From contig CAVQXP010000004.1 in NCBI GenBank assembly GCA_963717935.1, forward strand, positions 736,001-800,000: a stretch of DNA of 64,000 nt, read 5' to 3'. The translations under genes were made by a program, and so were the position numbers. Shown piece by piece: positions 1 through 11,000 of this stretch (positions within the stretch are counted from its first letter, which is position 1; every line of letters starts with the position of its first letter). This DNA is from Candidatus Eiseniibacteriota bacterium (GTDB taxonomy: Bacteria; Eisenbacteria; RBG-16-71-46). Below the pieces are notes generated by a model, which was given only the letters and a program-made list of their open reading frames with translations, had not been told where the DNA came from and ran no database searches.

Positions 1-2
1 AC

Positions 3-695
3 GAACTGCTCGGGCAGGCCGCCGAGCGCTACGCCCACGCGGACCTCAAGGGCGCCCGGGCCAGCTACCTGGAGGCATTGAGCGCCGCGCCCGGGCGTTT
101 CACGGTGCTTCACCGCCTGGCCCGCGTCGAGTCCATGCTGGCCGAGGACGCCTCGGGAGAGGACGCCCGCCGGCTCGTGGCGGCGGCTGTCGAGCACGCC
201 CGCGAGGCGGTCAAGACCGCCCCGGACAGCGCGGCCGGCCACCTGGAGTTGGCGGTGGCGCTGGGGCGGCAGGCCCTCAAGGAAGGGCCCAAGACCCAGC
301 TCTCGCTCTCCCGGGAGATCAAGTCCGAGGTGGAACGGACCCTGGCCCTGGACCCGGCCCTGGGCCGGGCCTGGCACGTCCTGGCGCTGTGGAACCGCAA
401 GCTCGCGAGCCTCAATCTCATCGAGCGCACCGTCGCCAAGACCGTCCTGGGGGGGGTGCCGAAGGGGGCTTCGATGGAGAACGCGGTGGCGGACCTGCAG
501 AAGGCCATCGAATTGGAGCCTGCCTACGTGAACCACCGGCTCGAGCTGGGGCGGACGTTCATGCAGCTGAAGCGCCGCGACGAAGCGCGTCGCGAGCTGG
601 AACGCGCGGTCGCCCTGCCACCCGCGGGCGGCCCGCTCGACCCGAAATACAAGGCCGAGGCGCAGGAGTTGCTGGCCCGGCTCAAGAAGAACTGA
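3..695 (+). CDS. TPR-repeat protein (5' truncated by the window edge)
   Basis: Frame is open from position 3; helical TPR-like repeats (AVADLQKAIELEPAYVNHRLELGRTFMQL); stop TGA ends at 695. Confidence 0.8.
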   Translation, partial: ELLGQAAERYAHADLKGARASYLEALSAAPGRFTVLHRLARVESMLAEDASGEDARRLVAAAVEHAREAVKTAPDSAAGHLELAVALGRQALKEGPKTQLSLSREIKSEVERTLALDPALGRAWHVLALWNRKLASLNLIERTVAKTVLGGVPKGASMENAVADLQKAIELEPAYVNHRLELGRTFMQLKRRDEARRELERAVALPPAGGPLDPKYKAEAQELLARLKKN

Positions 696-708
696 CGCCC
701 GGCTCCTC

Positions 709-1995
709 ATGACCGCCCCTGCGGTCTGGATCCTGGGCGGAATCCGCACGCCTTTCGCCAGGGCGGGGACGGCGCTCCGCCTCATGAGCGTCGTCGAGCT
801 CGGGCGTCTGGCCGTGGGCGAGCTGCTGGCGCGCCACGAGTTGGATCCGGCGCGACTCGACGAGGTCATCCTGGGCAACTGCGCCCAGCCGGCCGAGGCC
901 GCCAACGTCGCGCGCGTGACCGCCCTGCGCGCCGGCATCCCCGAGCGCGTGCCCGGACTGACCGTGCACCGCAACTGTGCCTCCGGCATGGAAGCCGTGG
1001 GGCTGGCCGCGGAGCGTATCCAGCTCGGGCGCGCGCAGCTCGTCCTGGCCGGCGGCATGGAATCCATGAGCCAGGTCCCGCTGCTGTTCCCGCCCGAATT
1101 CGGCGTCTGGCTCGAAGGCGTGACCCGGGCGAAACACCCGCTCGCGCGCCTGGGCGCGGCACTGCGCTTCCGGCCCGCGCTGCTGCGGCCGCGGCCCGCG
1201 TTGCTCGAGGCGCTGCACGACCCGGTGTGCGGGCTCGGCATGGGGGAGACCGCGGAGCTCCTGGCACGCGAGTTCGACCTGCGGCGCGAGCGCCAGGACG
1301 AGTTCGCGCTCCTGAGCCACCAGCGTGCGGTGGCGGCGCGCGAAAGGCTGCGCGAGGAGATCGTGCCGGTCTTCCCGCCGCCCACCTGCGAGCTGATGCG
1401 CGACGACGCGGGGCCGCGCGAGGACCAGACGCTCGAGCAACTGGCGCGACTTCGGCCTTGCTTCGACCGGCGCAACGGCACGGTCACCGTGGGCAACGCC
1501 TGCCCGGTCACCGATGGGGCGGTGGCCCTCCTGGTCGGTGGCGAGGAGGCCGCGCGTGACTGGCCCGTGCCGCCGCTGGGGCGGGTGCGGGCCTGGGCGG
1601 TCGCGGGGCTCGAACCGCGGCGCATGGGGCTCGGGCCGGTCCACGCCATCGCGCGCGTGCTCGACGAGACCGGGTTTTCGCTCGAGGATTTCGAACTGTT
1701 CGAGATCAACGAAGCCTTCGCCGTTCAGGTGCTGGCCTGTCTCGAGGCGGCCAGGTCCGTGCCGTTCGCGCGCGCCGAACTGGGCCGCGACCGGGCGCTG
1801 GGCGAGATCCCGCTCGAGCGGCTCAACGTGAACGGCGGGGCCATCGCGCTGGGGCACCCGGTGGGGGCGAGCGGGGCGCGGCTGCTGCTCACGCTGCTGC
1901 TCGAGATGCGCCGCCGCGGGGCGAAGCGCGGGCTCGCGGCGCTGTGCGTGGGTGGCGGACAGGGCGCTGCCTTCGTGCTGGAGCGTGACGGATGA
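709..1995 (+). CDS. Acetyl-CoA C-acyltransferase (3-ketoacyl-CoA thiolase, FadI/FadA-like)
   Basis: RTPF, HRNCASGM (active Cys), EINEAFA, GHPVGASG and LCVGGGQG thiolase motifs; ATGA overlap with the next gene. Confidence 0.95.
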   Translation: MTAPAVWILGGIRTPFARAGTALRLMSVVELGRLAVGELLARHELDPARLDEVILGNCAQPAEAANVARVTALRAGIPERVPGLTVHRNCASGMEAVGLAAERIQLGRAQLVLAGGMESMSQVPLLFPPEFGVWLEGVTRAKHPLARLGAALRFRPALLRPRPALLEALHDPVCGLGMGETAELLAREFDLRRERQDEFALLSHQRAVAARERLREEIVPVFPPPTCELMRDDAGPREDQTLEQLARLRPCFDRRNGTVTVGNACPVTDGAVALLVGGEEAARDWPVPPLGRVRAWAVAGLEPRRMGLGPVHAIARVLDETGFSLEDFELFEINEAFAVQVLACLEAARSVPFARAELGRDRALGEIPLERLNVNGGAIALGHPVGASGARLLLTLLLEMRRRGAKRGLAALCVGGGQGAAFVLERDG

Positions 1996-4157
1996 GCGTG
2001 TTCCACGTCGAGTTCCTGCCGTCGGGTGTGCCGGGTCCGGAGGGGATCGCCCACCTCGTGATGGACGACCCCACACGGCGGGTGAACGTCATCGACGAGC
2101 AGGCGCTCGGGGACCTCGAGTCCGCGCTCGAGCTGCTCGAAGGCCGGCCGGACCTCGGCGGGCTGGTCGTGCGGAGCGGCAAGCCCGGCACCTTCGTCGC
2201 CGGCGCCGACGTGGACGCGATCGCCGCACTCACGGACCGCGCGCTGGCGCTGGCCCTGGTCCGGCGCGCGCAGGCGGCCTTCGCGCGCCTGGCCGCGCTG
2301 CCCTTCCCGACGGTCGCGGCCATCGACGGGCCCTGCCTGGGCGGGGGCACCGAGCTGGCGCTGGCCTGCCGCTCGCGCGTCGCCGCTCAGGAACCGCACA
2401 CGCGGATCGGGTTGCCCGAGGTCCCGCTCGGCATCATCCCGGGCTCCGGCGGAACCACGCGCCTGCCGGGACTCGTGGGGCTCTCGACCGCGCTGGACCT
2501 CATCCTCACGGGTCGCACGCTGGACGCGCGGGGCGCCGAACGCGCGGGGCTGGTCGAGCGCGCGGTGCCCGGCGTGTGGCTCATCGAGCACGCGCACCGG
2601 CGCCTGGCCGAACTGGCGGCGCGCGGGCGGAGCCACGGGCGCGCCGGCGTCCGCTGGCGGCCGCGGGGACTGCGCTCGTGGTTCATGGATGGAACGCCGT
2701 TCGGGCGGGGCCTGACGTTCGCTCGCGCGCGGGCGATGACGAAGGCGCGCACCGGCGGGCACTACCCGGCGGCGGACGCCGCGCTCAGCGTCCTGCACCA
2801 CGGCTTCGCCCAGCCCATCGAGGCTTCGCTGCGGCTCGAGGCCGAGTGGGTGAGCGACCTGATCGTCGGGCCGGTGTGCAAGAACCTGGTGCGCGGCTTC
2901 CGGCTCGCCGAGCGAGCGCGCAGGGAGTCGCTGCCCGGGATGGAGGAGGCAGCCCCCGTCGAGCGGCTCCAGGTCGTAGGTGCGGGGGCGATGGGCACCG
3001 GTGTCGCCGAACTCGCCAGCCGGCACGGGATCGAGGTGCGGCTGCGCGACACCGATCCGGCCGCGCTGGCGCGCGCGATGCGCGCGGTGCGCGCGCGCGT
3101 CGCCGAACGCTCGGGCCGGCCTGGGGCCGCGCGGCACGAGACCGAGGGGCAGCTCGCGCGCATCTTCCCCAGTCCGGATCTGGCCGGCCTGAAGCGCGCG
3201 GATCTCGCGATCGAGGCGGTGGTGGAGGATCTGGACGTCAAGCGCCGGGTGTTCGGCGAACTCGAGGTCCGCATGCGACCCGACGCGGTGCTGGCGACCA
3301 ACACCTCCTCGCTCTCCGTGGACGAGCTGGCCGCGGGGCTCGAGCGCCCGCAGCGCTTCGTCGGGATGCATTTCTTCAATCCGGTCCACCGCATGCCGCT
3401 GGTCGAGGTGGTGCGCGGCGCGAAGACGTCGGCAGTGGCGCTGGCCACGGCCGTCACGCTGGCGCGGCGGCTGGGCAGGACCCCGATCGTGGTGAACGAC
3501 GGACCCGGGTTCGTCGTGAACCGGGTGCTGACGCCCTATCTGCGGGAGGCGTTTCACCTGGTCGAGGATGGCTACCGCGTGGCCGACGTGGACGCGGCCA
3601 TGCGGGCCTTCGGCATGCCCAGGGGGCCCTTCGAGGTGATGGACGATGTGGGCCTCGGCGTCACCGCGAACGTGGCCGCGGTCCTGGGCCGGGCGTTCCC
3701 CGGGCGCGTCGCACCCGTGCCGCAACTCGACGCTCTGCTGAAGGCGGGGCTCCTGGGACGGAAGAGCGGCGCGGGGTTCTACCGTTACTGGAGTGGACGG
3801 CGCACGCTGGATCCGCTGGCCGCGCGGCTACTGCGTCCCGCGCGCGAGCGCCGACCCGCGAGCCTCGAGGTCCTCGCCGAGCGGATGACGCTCGCCATGG
3901 TGAACGAGGCCGCGCACTGCCTCGCCGATGGCGTGGTGGCGGACGCCGGGACGCTGGACCTGGCGCTGCTCTGCGGCGCCGGTTTCCCGCCCTACCGCGG
4001 CGGTCCGCTGCGCCACGCCGACGCGCTGGGACTCGCCAGGGTGGAAGCCCGGCTGACGGCGCTGCGCGCCGAGAAGGGCGAGCGCTTCAAGCCCGCGCCG
4101 CTCATCGAGGAACTCGCGGCCCGGGGCGGAACGTTCACGGAGCCGGCGAGCGGGTAG
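1992..4157 (+). CDS. Fatty acid oxidation complex alpha subunit (enoyl-CoA hydratase / 3-hydroxyacyl-CoA dehydrogenase, FadJ-like)
   Basis: FVAGAD, CLGGGTELALAC, GLPEVPLGIIPGSGG, VVGAGAMG, IEAVVEDL, ATNTSSL and GMHFFNPVHRMPLVE motifs. Confidence 0.95.
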   Translation: MSVFHVEFLPSGVPGPEGIAHLVMDDPTRRVNVIDEQALGDLESALELLEGRPDLGGLVVRSGKPGTFVAGADVDAIAALTDRALALALVRRAQAAFARLAALPFPTVAAIDGPCLGGGTELALACRSRVAAQEPHTRIGLPEVPLGIIPGSGGTTRLPGLVGLSTALDLILTGRTLDARGAERAGLVERAVPGVWLIEHAHRRLAELAARGRSHGRAGVRWRPRGLRSWFMDGTPFGRGLTFARARAMTKARTGGHYPAADAALSVLHHGFAQPIEASLRLEAEWVSDLIVGPVCKNLVRGFRLAERARRESLPGMEEAAPVERLQVVGAGAMGTGVAELASRHGIEVRLRDTDPAALARAMRAVRARVAERSGRPGAARHETEGQLARIFPSPDLAGLKRADLAIEAVVEDLDVKRRVFGELEVRMRPDAVLATNTSSLSVDELAAGLERPQRFVGMHFFNPVHRMPLVEVVRGAKTSAVALATAVTLARRLGRTPIVVNDGPGFVVNRVLTPYLREAFHLVEDGYRVADVDAAMRAFGMPRGPFEVMDDVGLGVTANVAAVLGRAFPGRVAPVPQLDALLKAGLLGRKSGAGFYRYWSGRRTLDPLAARLLRPARERRPASLEVLAERMTLAMVNEAAHCLADGVVADAGTLDLALLCGAGFPPYRGGPLRHADALGLARVEARLTALRAEKGERFKPAPLIEELAARGGTFTEPASG

Positions 4158-4464
4158 GCCCGCACCGCCGGCGGTGGCCGCCCGGCGGCGCACGCTCCGA
4201 CCGGAATGCGGAAACGCCCGGCTGGTGGGCCGGGCGTCTGCCGTGGGAGGCCGGAGCTTGCCCACTCCGGGACCCTGCTCGCAACTCTGGAACACTCGCA
4301 CGACTGGCTAGCTCGCTCGCCACGTTCTCGCGTACGTGACGCTACTATTGACGCTCCGAACGGCCGATAAGTTGCAACGCGCGCGCAAAGAACGCGGCGA
4401 AGGGGACCAGCGCGGTGGTGCGGGCGACGAAAGCCGCGTTCATTGGGGTTTTCGCGGGCCTTGC

Positions 4465-4492
4465 TTGACTTCCTGCTGACCTCGGGCATAGT
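4465..4492 (+). promoter_or_regulatory. Putative sigma70 promoter for the gdh operon
   Basis: TTGACT-16 nt-CATAGT in an intergenic region about 380 nt upstream of the gdh ATG. Confidence 0.4.
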
Positions 4493-4875
4493 TGATTCGG
4501 GTTTTCGGGCCCACCCCCATGGGGGGGCACACGGGTCCGACGGCTGTTCCCCCGCTTACCGCGGCCGTCCGGCCGCGCGACCCGAGCGCGGGGGTGCTGA
4601 CGGGAGCACCGGTACACGGCCATGGATCTGCTGTCGCGCTCGAGGGGCTCGTCGCCTGACCGGGAGACGGGTTCTTTTCATTGGTGCGCGGGTGGCCACG
4701 GCCCGGCCGTGTCTTTCGCCCGATTCTCCGCGGCGGCGTTCGCGCCGGCGCGGTACCTGATCCGGCTGGCTCCGCGCCATGCGGGCCGGACCGACTTCGC
4801 CGTTCCTACCGCCGTTGGGCACTCCGACACGCACGTCGTCGCGGTCGCCCCCGGCCGGGCTTCCAGGAGAGACTC

Positions 4876-6162
4876 ATGAGCACGAAGGGGTTCAATTCGT
4901 TCGAGATCGCCCAGGCCCAGTTCGACCAGGTCGCCGCACTGCTCGATCTGGACGCCGGGACGCGCGAGTTCCTGCGCTGGCCGATGCGGGAGTACGCCTT
5001 CAGCATCCCGGTGCGCATGGACGACGGGCACGTGAAGGTCTTCCGCGGCTTCCGCGTGCAGCACAACGACGCCCGCGGACCCTCGAAGGGTGGCATCCGC
5101 TTCCACCCGCAGGAGACCGTGGACACGGTGCGCGCCCTCTCCATGTGGATGACCTGGAAGTGCGCGGTGGTGGACATCCCGCTGGGCGGCGGCAAGGGCG
5201 GCGTGATCTGCGACCCGCACAACCTGAGTGCCCGCGAGCAGGAGCAGATCTGCCGTGGCTGGGTGCGGCAGCTGGTGCGCAACGTGGGTCCGGTCCAGGA
5301 CGTCCCGGCGCCCGACGTCATGACCAACGCGCAGCACATGCTGTGGATGCTCGACGAGTTCGAGGCGGTGCGCGGCGGCCGCTACCCCGGGTTCATCACC
5401 GGCAAGCCCGTCGGCCTGGGTGGCTCGCTGGGGCGCACCGAAGCGACCGGCTACGGCGTGGTCTTCACGCTGCGCGAGGCGCTGCGCGAGCACGGCGTCG
5501 CGGTCGAATCCACGCGCGCCAGCGTGCAGGGCTTCGGCAACGTGTCCCAGTACGCCATCCGGCTCTACGAGCAGCTCGGCGGCAAGGTCATCTGCGTGTC
5601 CTCGTGGGACCAGAAGGACCAGGCCTCGTATTCCTTCAAGCGGGTCTCCGGCGTGGACATGGACCAGCTGGTGGGCATCACCGACGTCTTCGGCGGCATC
5701 GACAAGGAGAAGGCGAAGAAGCTCGGCTACGAGGTGCTGCCGGGCGACGCGTGGATCGAGCAGCCGGTCGAGATCCTGATGCCCTGCGCGCTCGAGAACC
5801 AGATCACGCCCGTGACCGTGAAGAAGATCCACGCGGCCGTGAAGTTCGTGGCCGAGGGCGCCAATGGTCCCACCACCACCGAGGCCGACGCGGTGCTCAA
5901 GGACCGGGGGATCTACCTGATCCCGGACTTCCTGGCCAACGCGGGCGGCGTGACCTGCAGCTACTTCGAGCAGGTGCAGTGCAACATGAACTACTACTGG
6001 GACAAGGACGAGGTGCTGGGCAAGCTCGACAGCAAGATGACCTCGGCCTTCCTCGCGGTGAGCGAGCTGGCGCGCGAGCGCAAGCTGTACATGCGTGACG
6101 CCGCCTATGTCATCGCCATCAACCGCGTCGCCCAGGCCTGCAAGGACCGCGGCTGGGTGTGA
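4876..6162 (+). CDS. gdhA: Glu/Leu/Phe/Val dehydrogenase (glutamate dehydrogenase)
   Basis: GFRVQHN, GPSKGGIRFHP, MTWKCA, GGGKGG, DVPAPD, ITGKP..GGSLGR.EATGYG, QGFGNV, EGANGP and PDFLANAGGV motifs; RBS AGGAGA before ATG 4876. Confidence 0.95.
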   Translation: MSTKGFNSFEIAQAQFDQVAALLDLDAGTREFLRWPMREYAFSIPVRMDDGHVKVFRGFRVQHNDARGPSKGGIRFHPQETVDTVRALSMWMTWKCAVVDIPLGGGKGGVICDPHNLSAREQEQICRGWVRQLVRNVGPVQDVPAPDVMTNAQHMLWMLDEFEAVRGGRYPGFITGKPVGLGGSLGRTEATGYGVVFTLREALREHGVAVESTRASVQGFGNVSQYAIRLYEQLGGKVICVSSWDQKDQASYSFKRVSGVDMDQLVGITDVFGGIDKEKAKKLGYEVLPGDAWIEQPVEILMPCALENQITPVTVKKIHAAVKFVAEGANGPTTTEADAVLKDRGIYLIPDFLANAGGVTCSYFEQVQCNMNYYWDKDEVLGKLDSKMTSAFLAVSELARERKLYMRDAAYVIAINRVAQACKDRGWV

Positions 6163-6214
6163 CGGCGGGAGCCGGGGCGGCGCGCGACGCCGCCCCGGCG
6201 ACGCGGTCCCGACC

Positions 6215-8017
6215 ATGAACAGCGACGCTACGGGCGGCCAGGGGTTGCCGCGGTTCGACCGCCGCTTCTTCGAGGGGCGGGAGACCTTCACCACCATCGG
6301 CTCGGGCGCTCTCGGGGGCAAGGCCTCGGGATTGCTCGCCGCGCGTGAAGCGCTGGCGGACCGGCCGGCGGCCCTGCGCCATGAGGACCTGGAGATCTCG
6401 GTCCCGACGCTCACCGTGATCACCACCAACGCGTTCGACCTGTTCCTCGAGCGTAACCGCCTCCACGAGCTGGTCTACTCGGGCTCCGACGACCGCCAGA
6501 TCGCGGCCGCGCTGCAGCGAGCGGAGCTTCCCACGGAGATCGTGGGCGACCTGTGGGCGCTCGTCCGGCGGGTCCACACGCCGCTGGCGGTGCGCTCTTC
6601 GAGCCTGCTCGAGGACGCGCTGGCGCACCCGTTCGCCGGCGTGTACGCGACCAAGATGATCCCCAACAACCCGCACGACCCCGAGACCCGCTTTCGCAAG
6701 CTGGTCGAGGCGGTCAAGTTCGTCTACGCCTCGACCTTCTTCCGCGCGGCGCGCACCTACGTGCGCGTGGCCGGCCGGAAGCCGGAGGAGGAGAAGATGG
6801 CGGTGATCGTGCAGGAGGTGGTGGGGCACCGGCACGGCCCGCGCTTCTACCCCGAGGTCGCGGGGGTGGCCCGCTCGTGGAACTTCTACCCGACGGGACA
6901 CGCGCAGCCGGCCGACGGTGTGCTGGACCTGGCGCTCGGTCTGGGCCGGACCATCGTGGACGGCGGGCGCGCGTGGACCTGCTCGCCCGCCCACCCGCGC
7001 TCGGTGCCGCCGTTCAACTCGGTGGGCCACATGATCGAGCAGAGCCAGAGCGAGTTCTGGGCGGTGAACATGGGCCCGCCTCCGGCGTACGACCCCACGA
7101 TCGAGACGGAATACCTGGTGCAGGCGGGCCTCGCCGACGCCGAGGCGGACGGGACGCTGGTCCACGTCGCCTCGACCTACGACCCCGACTCGGACCGCGT
7201 CGTCATGGGGGTGGGATCCAGCGGCCCGCGCATCGTGGATTTCGCGCCGATGCTGCGGCTGGCGCGGTGGCCGGTGATCGAGGCGGTGCGCGGCCTGCTC
7301 GCGCTCTTCGCCGCCCGCCTGGGCGCCCCCGTGGAGATCGAGTTCGCGCTCACCTTCCCCGACCCGTCTGCGAAGGGTGCCCGGCCTTCCCCCGGCGCCC
7401 CGGAGGGCCTCCCCGCCCGCCTGGGCTTCCTGCAGGTGCGGCCGATGCTGGTCAGCAGCCAGACGGTCGAGATCGGGGAGGATGAACTTGCCGGTCCGCG
7501 GGCCGTGGTGCGCTCCGAGCACGTCATGGGGAACGGGGTCATCGAGGGCCTCCGCGATGTCGTGTACGTGAAGCCCGAGGTCTTCGAGGCGCGCCATACG
7601 CCGGCGATCGCCGCGGAGGTGGACCGCCTGAACCAGGCGCTGGTCGAGGAGGGCCGGTCCTGCGTGCTGGTCGGCTTCGGCCGCTGGGGCAGCGCCGATC
7701 CCTGGCTGGGCATCCCGGTCGAGTGGGCCCAGATCGCGAGCGCACGCGTCATCGTCGAGGCGAGCCTGCCGGCCATGAACGTGGACATGAGCCAGGGCGC
7801 GCATTTCTTTCACAACCTGCTGAGCTTCCGCGTGGTCTACTTCTCCGTGCCGGGCCTCGACGCGTCGGGGATCGACTGGGAGTGGCTGCGCGGGCTCCCG
7901 GCCCGGCGGGAGACCGATTTCGTACGGCACGTGGAGACGCCGGCGCCCCTGCTCGTGAGGGTGGACGGCCGCCGGGGCCGGGGTGTGGTGCTGCGCGGCA
8001 TGGGGGGGGACGCATGA
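6215..8017 (+). CDS. PEP/pyruvate-binding (PPDK_N, PEP-synthase-like ATP-grasp) domain protein, short form
   Basis: GGKASGL, LAVRSSSLLED, FAGVY, MAVIVQEVVG, GLGRTIVDG, VEIEFA and FLQVRP motifs; C-terminal GRWGS..SQGAHFFHN region; no pyruvate-binding TIM barrel. Confidence 0.85.
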   Translation: MNSDATGGQGLPRFDRRFFEGRETFTTIGSGALGGKASGLLAAREALADRPAALRHEDLEISVPTLTVITTNAFDLFLERNRLHELVYSGSDDRQIAAALQRAELPTEIVGDLWALVRRVHTPLAVRSSSLLEDALAHPFAGVYATKMIPNNPHDPETRFRKLVEAVKFVYASTFFRAARTYVRVAGRKPEEEKMAVIVQEVVGHRHGPRFYPEVAGVARSWNFYPTGHAQPADGVLDLALGLGRTIVDGGRAWTCSPAHPRSVPPFNSVGHMIEQSQSEFWAVNMGPPPAYDPTIETEYLVQAGLADAEADGTLVHVASTYDPDSDRVVMGVGSSGPRIVDFAPMLRLARWPVIEAVRGLLALFAARLGAPVEIEFALTFPDPSAKGARPSPGAPEGLPARLGFLQVRPMLVSSQTVEIGEDELAGPRAVVRSEHVMGNGVIEGLRDVVYVKPEVFEARHTPAIAAEVDRLNQALVEEGRSCVLVGFGRWGSADPWLGIPVEWAQIASARVIVEASLPAMNVDMSQGAHFFHNLLSFRVVYFSVPGLDASGIDWEWLRGLPARRETDFVRHVETPAPLLVRVDGRRGRGVVLRGMGGDA

Positions 8018-11000
8018 CCGAACAGGGGCCGATGGACGAGATCCTGAAGGCGTTGCAGGAACGGGCCAAGGAGCTCAACTGCCTCTACCGCATCGACGAG
8101 ATCGTGCACGACGTGGAGCGGCCGGTCGAGGATTTGCTGCGCGCGGTGGCCGAGGCGCTGCCGCAGGGCGTGCAGTACCCGGCGCACTGCGTGGCGCGCT
8201 GCGTGCTGCGCGATCTCGACGTGCGCGGCGCGGACTTCGTCGAGACCCCGTGGAAGCTCTCGGCGCCCATCGTCATCTCGAACCGGCGGGTCGGCGAGCT
8301 GTGCATCTACTACACGCAGCAGATGCCCAGGGCCGACGAGGGGCCGTTCCTCAAGGAGGAGCGCAGGCTCATCGATGCGGCCGCCGACCGTGTCGCCCGG
8401 GCCGTCCAGCACCGCGAGCTGACCGAGGTGTTCGGGCGCACGCAGATCGGCCACTCCGCGGTGGACGCCGTGCTCCGCCAGGACTGGAGCATCATCCTCG
8501 ACCTGCTGCGCCGCACCGACCAGAACCTGTACAACCAGGTCGCGCGCAAGATGCTGAACCACCTGTCCTGGAGCGGCATCGAGGAAGCCAAGGAGCTGCT
8601 CCTCAGCATCGCCGGCCCGGAGGAGGCGTGGGAGCCCGGTGACGAGAATCGCCCGACGCGGCGCAACGCGCCCAAGGACTTCGAGGTCATCAGCGCCGAG
8701 ACCTTTGAGATCGCGGCTGCCCACCTGAGCGAGCAGGAGCTGCTCAGCAGCATCCAGACCTGGATCAAGGAGGACCGGCTCAACTTCCTGGTGCTTGCGC
8801 TCGAGAGCAGCAACACCTCGCTGCCCGAGATCGCCAACGCGCTGGAGCGCTACCACCACACGGGCCTGGACGTGCGCGAGCTGTCGCCCGCCATGCACCT
8901 GGGTCTCAAGGTCTCGCTCATCCGGCGCCTGCTCACCGACAACCTCGAGTTCATCAACACCTGCCGGCCGTGGGTGGAGATCGATGACTTCGTGGACCTC
9001 GTCAGCCACACCATCCTGCTGCCACATAGCCACGGCCGGGTGGGCGGCAAGGCCAGCGGGCTCCTGCTGGCGCGGCACGTCCTGCGGCGCTCTCCCGAGC
9101 ACCGCGAGCTGCTGGACGGGGTCAAGGTGCCCCGGACCTGGTACGTGCCCTCGGACGGTCTCCTCCAGTTCCTCGCCTACAACAACCTTGACGACGTCTA
9201 CAACTGGAAGTACCGCGACTTGGACGAGATCCGGCAGGAATACCCGCACATGCTCCAGGTCTTCAAGAGCTCGCGTTTCCCGGCCGAGTTCGTGCAGGGG
9301 CTCTCGACCGCGCTCGACGACCTCGGCGACCGGCCGCTCATCGTGCGCAGCTCGAGCCTGCTCGAGGACCGCGCGGGCGCGGCCTTCTCGGGGAAGTACA
9401 AGAGCCTGTTCCTCGCGAACCAGGGCCGCAAGGCCGACCGGCTGGCGGCCCTGCTGGACGCCATCGCCGAGGTCTACGGCTCGGTCTTCGGCCCGGATCC
9501 TCTCCAGTACCGCGCGGAGCGCGGGTTGCTCGAGCATCACGAAGAGATGGGCATCATGATCCAGGAGGTGGTGGGCATGCGCGTGGGCCGCTACTTCCTG
9601 CCTTCGTTCGCGGGCGTCGGCTTCAGCAACAACGAGCTGCGCTGGTCGCCCCGCATCCGGCGCGACGACGGGTTGCTGCGCCTGGTGCCGGGTCTCGGCA
9701 CGCGCGCGGTGGACCGTCTGGCCGATGACTACCCGATCCTGGTCGCGCCGGGGCAGCCAGGGCTGCGCGTCAACGTCACCCCGGAGGAGGTCTGCCGCTA
9801 CTCGCCGCGCAAGGTCGACGTCATCAATCTGGAGACCAACTCCTTCGAGACCGTGGACCGCCACACCCTGCTGAAAGAAGTCGGCGGACACCTCCCCAGG
9901 CTCGCCCAGATCGTCTCGCTCTACGAGCACGACATGCTGCGGCGCCCCGGCGGCCTCGACCTGCGCTTCAACGAGGACAACCTGATCTTCACCTTCGAGG
10001 GCCTGTTGACGAACACCGACTTCGTGCCGCGCATGCAGGCCGTCCTCAAGGTCCTGCGCGAGGCGCAGGGCGTACCGGTGGACATCGAGTTCGCCTCGAA
10101 CGGAGACGAACTCTACCTGCTGCAGTGCCGGCCCCAGAGTCACGCGCCGGACACCGCGCCGGCACCCATCCCGCGCGACCTGCCGCAGGAGCGCGTGCTG
10201 TTCTCCGCCAACCGCTATGTCTCGAACGGCGCCGTGCCCGACATCACGCACATCGTCTACGTGGACCCCGATGGCTACAGCCGGCTGGGCGACCTGAACG
10301 AGTTGCGCGACGTGAGCCGCGCCGTCAGCAGTCTCAACAAGATCCTGCCCAAGCGCCAGTTCGTCCTCATGGGACCGGGGCGCTGGGGCAGCCGCGGCGA
10401 TGTCAAGCTGGGCGTGAGCGTGACGTATTCCGACATCAACAACACCGCGATGCTGATCGAGGTCGCGCGCAAGAAGGGCAACTACGTCCCGGATCTCTCG
10501 TTCGGCACGCACTTCTTCCAGGACCTCATCGAGTCAGGGATCCGCTACCTGCCGCTCTACCCCGACGATCCGGGCGTGGCCTTCAACGAGCCGTTCTTCC
10601 GCAAGTCCGAGAACGTCCTGGCCCGGCTGCTGCCGGACCTCGCGTACCTCGCGGACACCGTGCGGGTGATCGACGTGCCGGAGGCCGCGGGTGGCCAGGT
10701 GCTGCGCGTGCTCATGAACGCCGACCTCGAGGAGGCCGTGGGCGTGCTGGCCCCGCCGGGCGTGGCCGTGGTCACGTCGGCAGCGCTGCCGAGCCCCACG
10801 GCGCGGCCGGCGGAGGACCACTGGCGCTGGCGGTTGCGCATGGCGCAGAAGGTCGCCGCGGACCTCGATCCCGCGCGCTTCGGCGTCCACGCTTTCTACG
10901 TCTTCGGCAGCACGAAGAACGCCTCGGCCGGGCCCGGCAGCGACATCGACGTCATCATCCACTTCAGGGGCACGCCGGAGCAGCGCCGGGAGCTGGAACT

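Noticed and set aside
4500..4620. c-di-AMP (ydaO) riboswitch on the minus strand
   Set aside because: Fragments such as GCGGGGGAAC and CCCGTCAGC occur, but in the wrong order and facing away from gdh.
7837..10512. Long antisense ORFs (this one and many similar)
   Set aside because: Expected shadows of high-GC coding strands, with no recognisable motifs.
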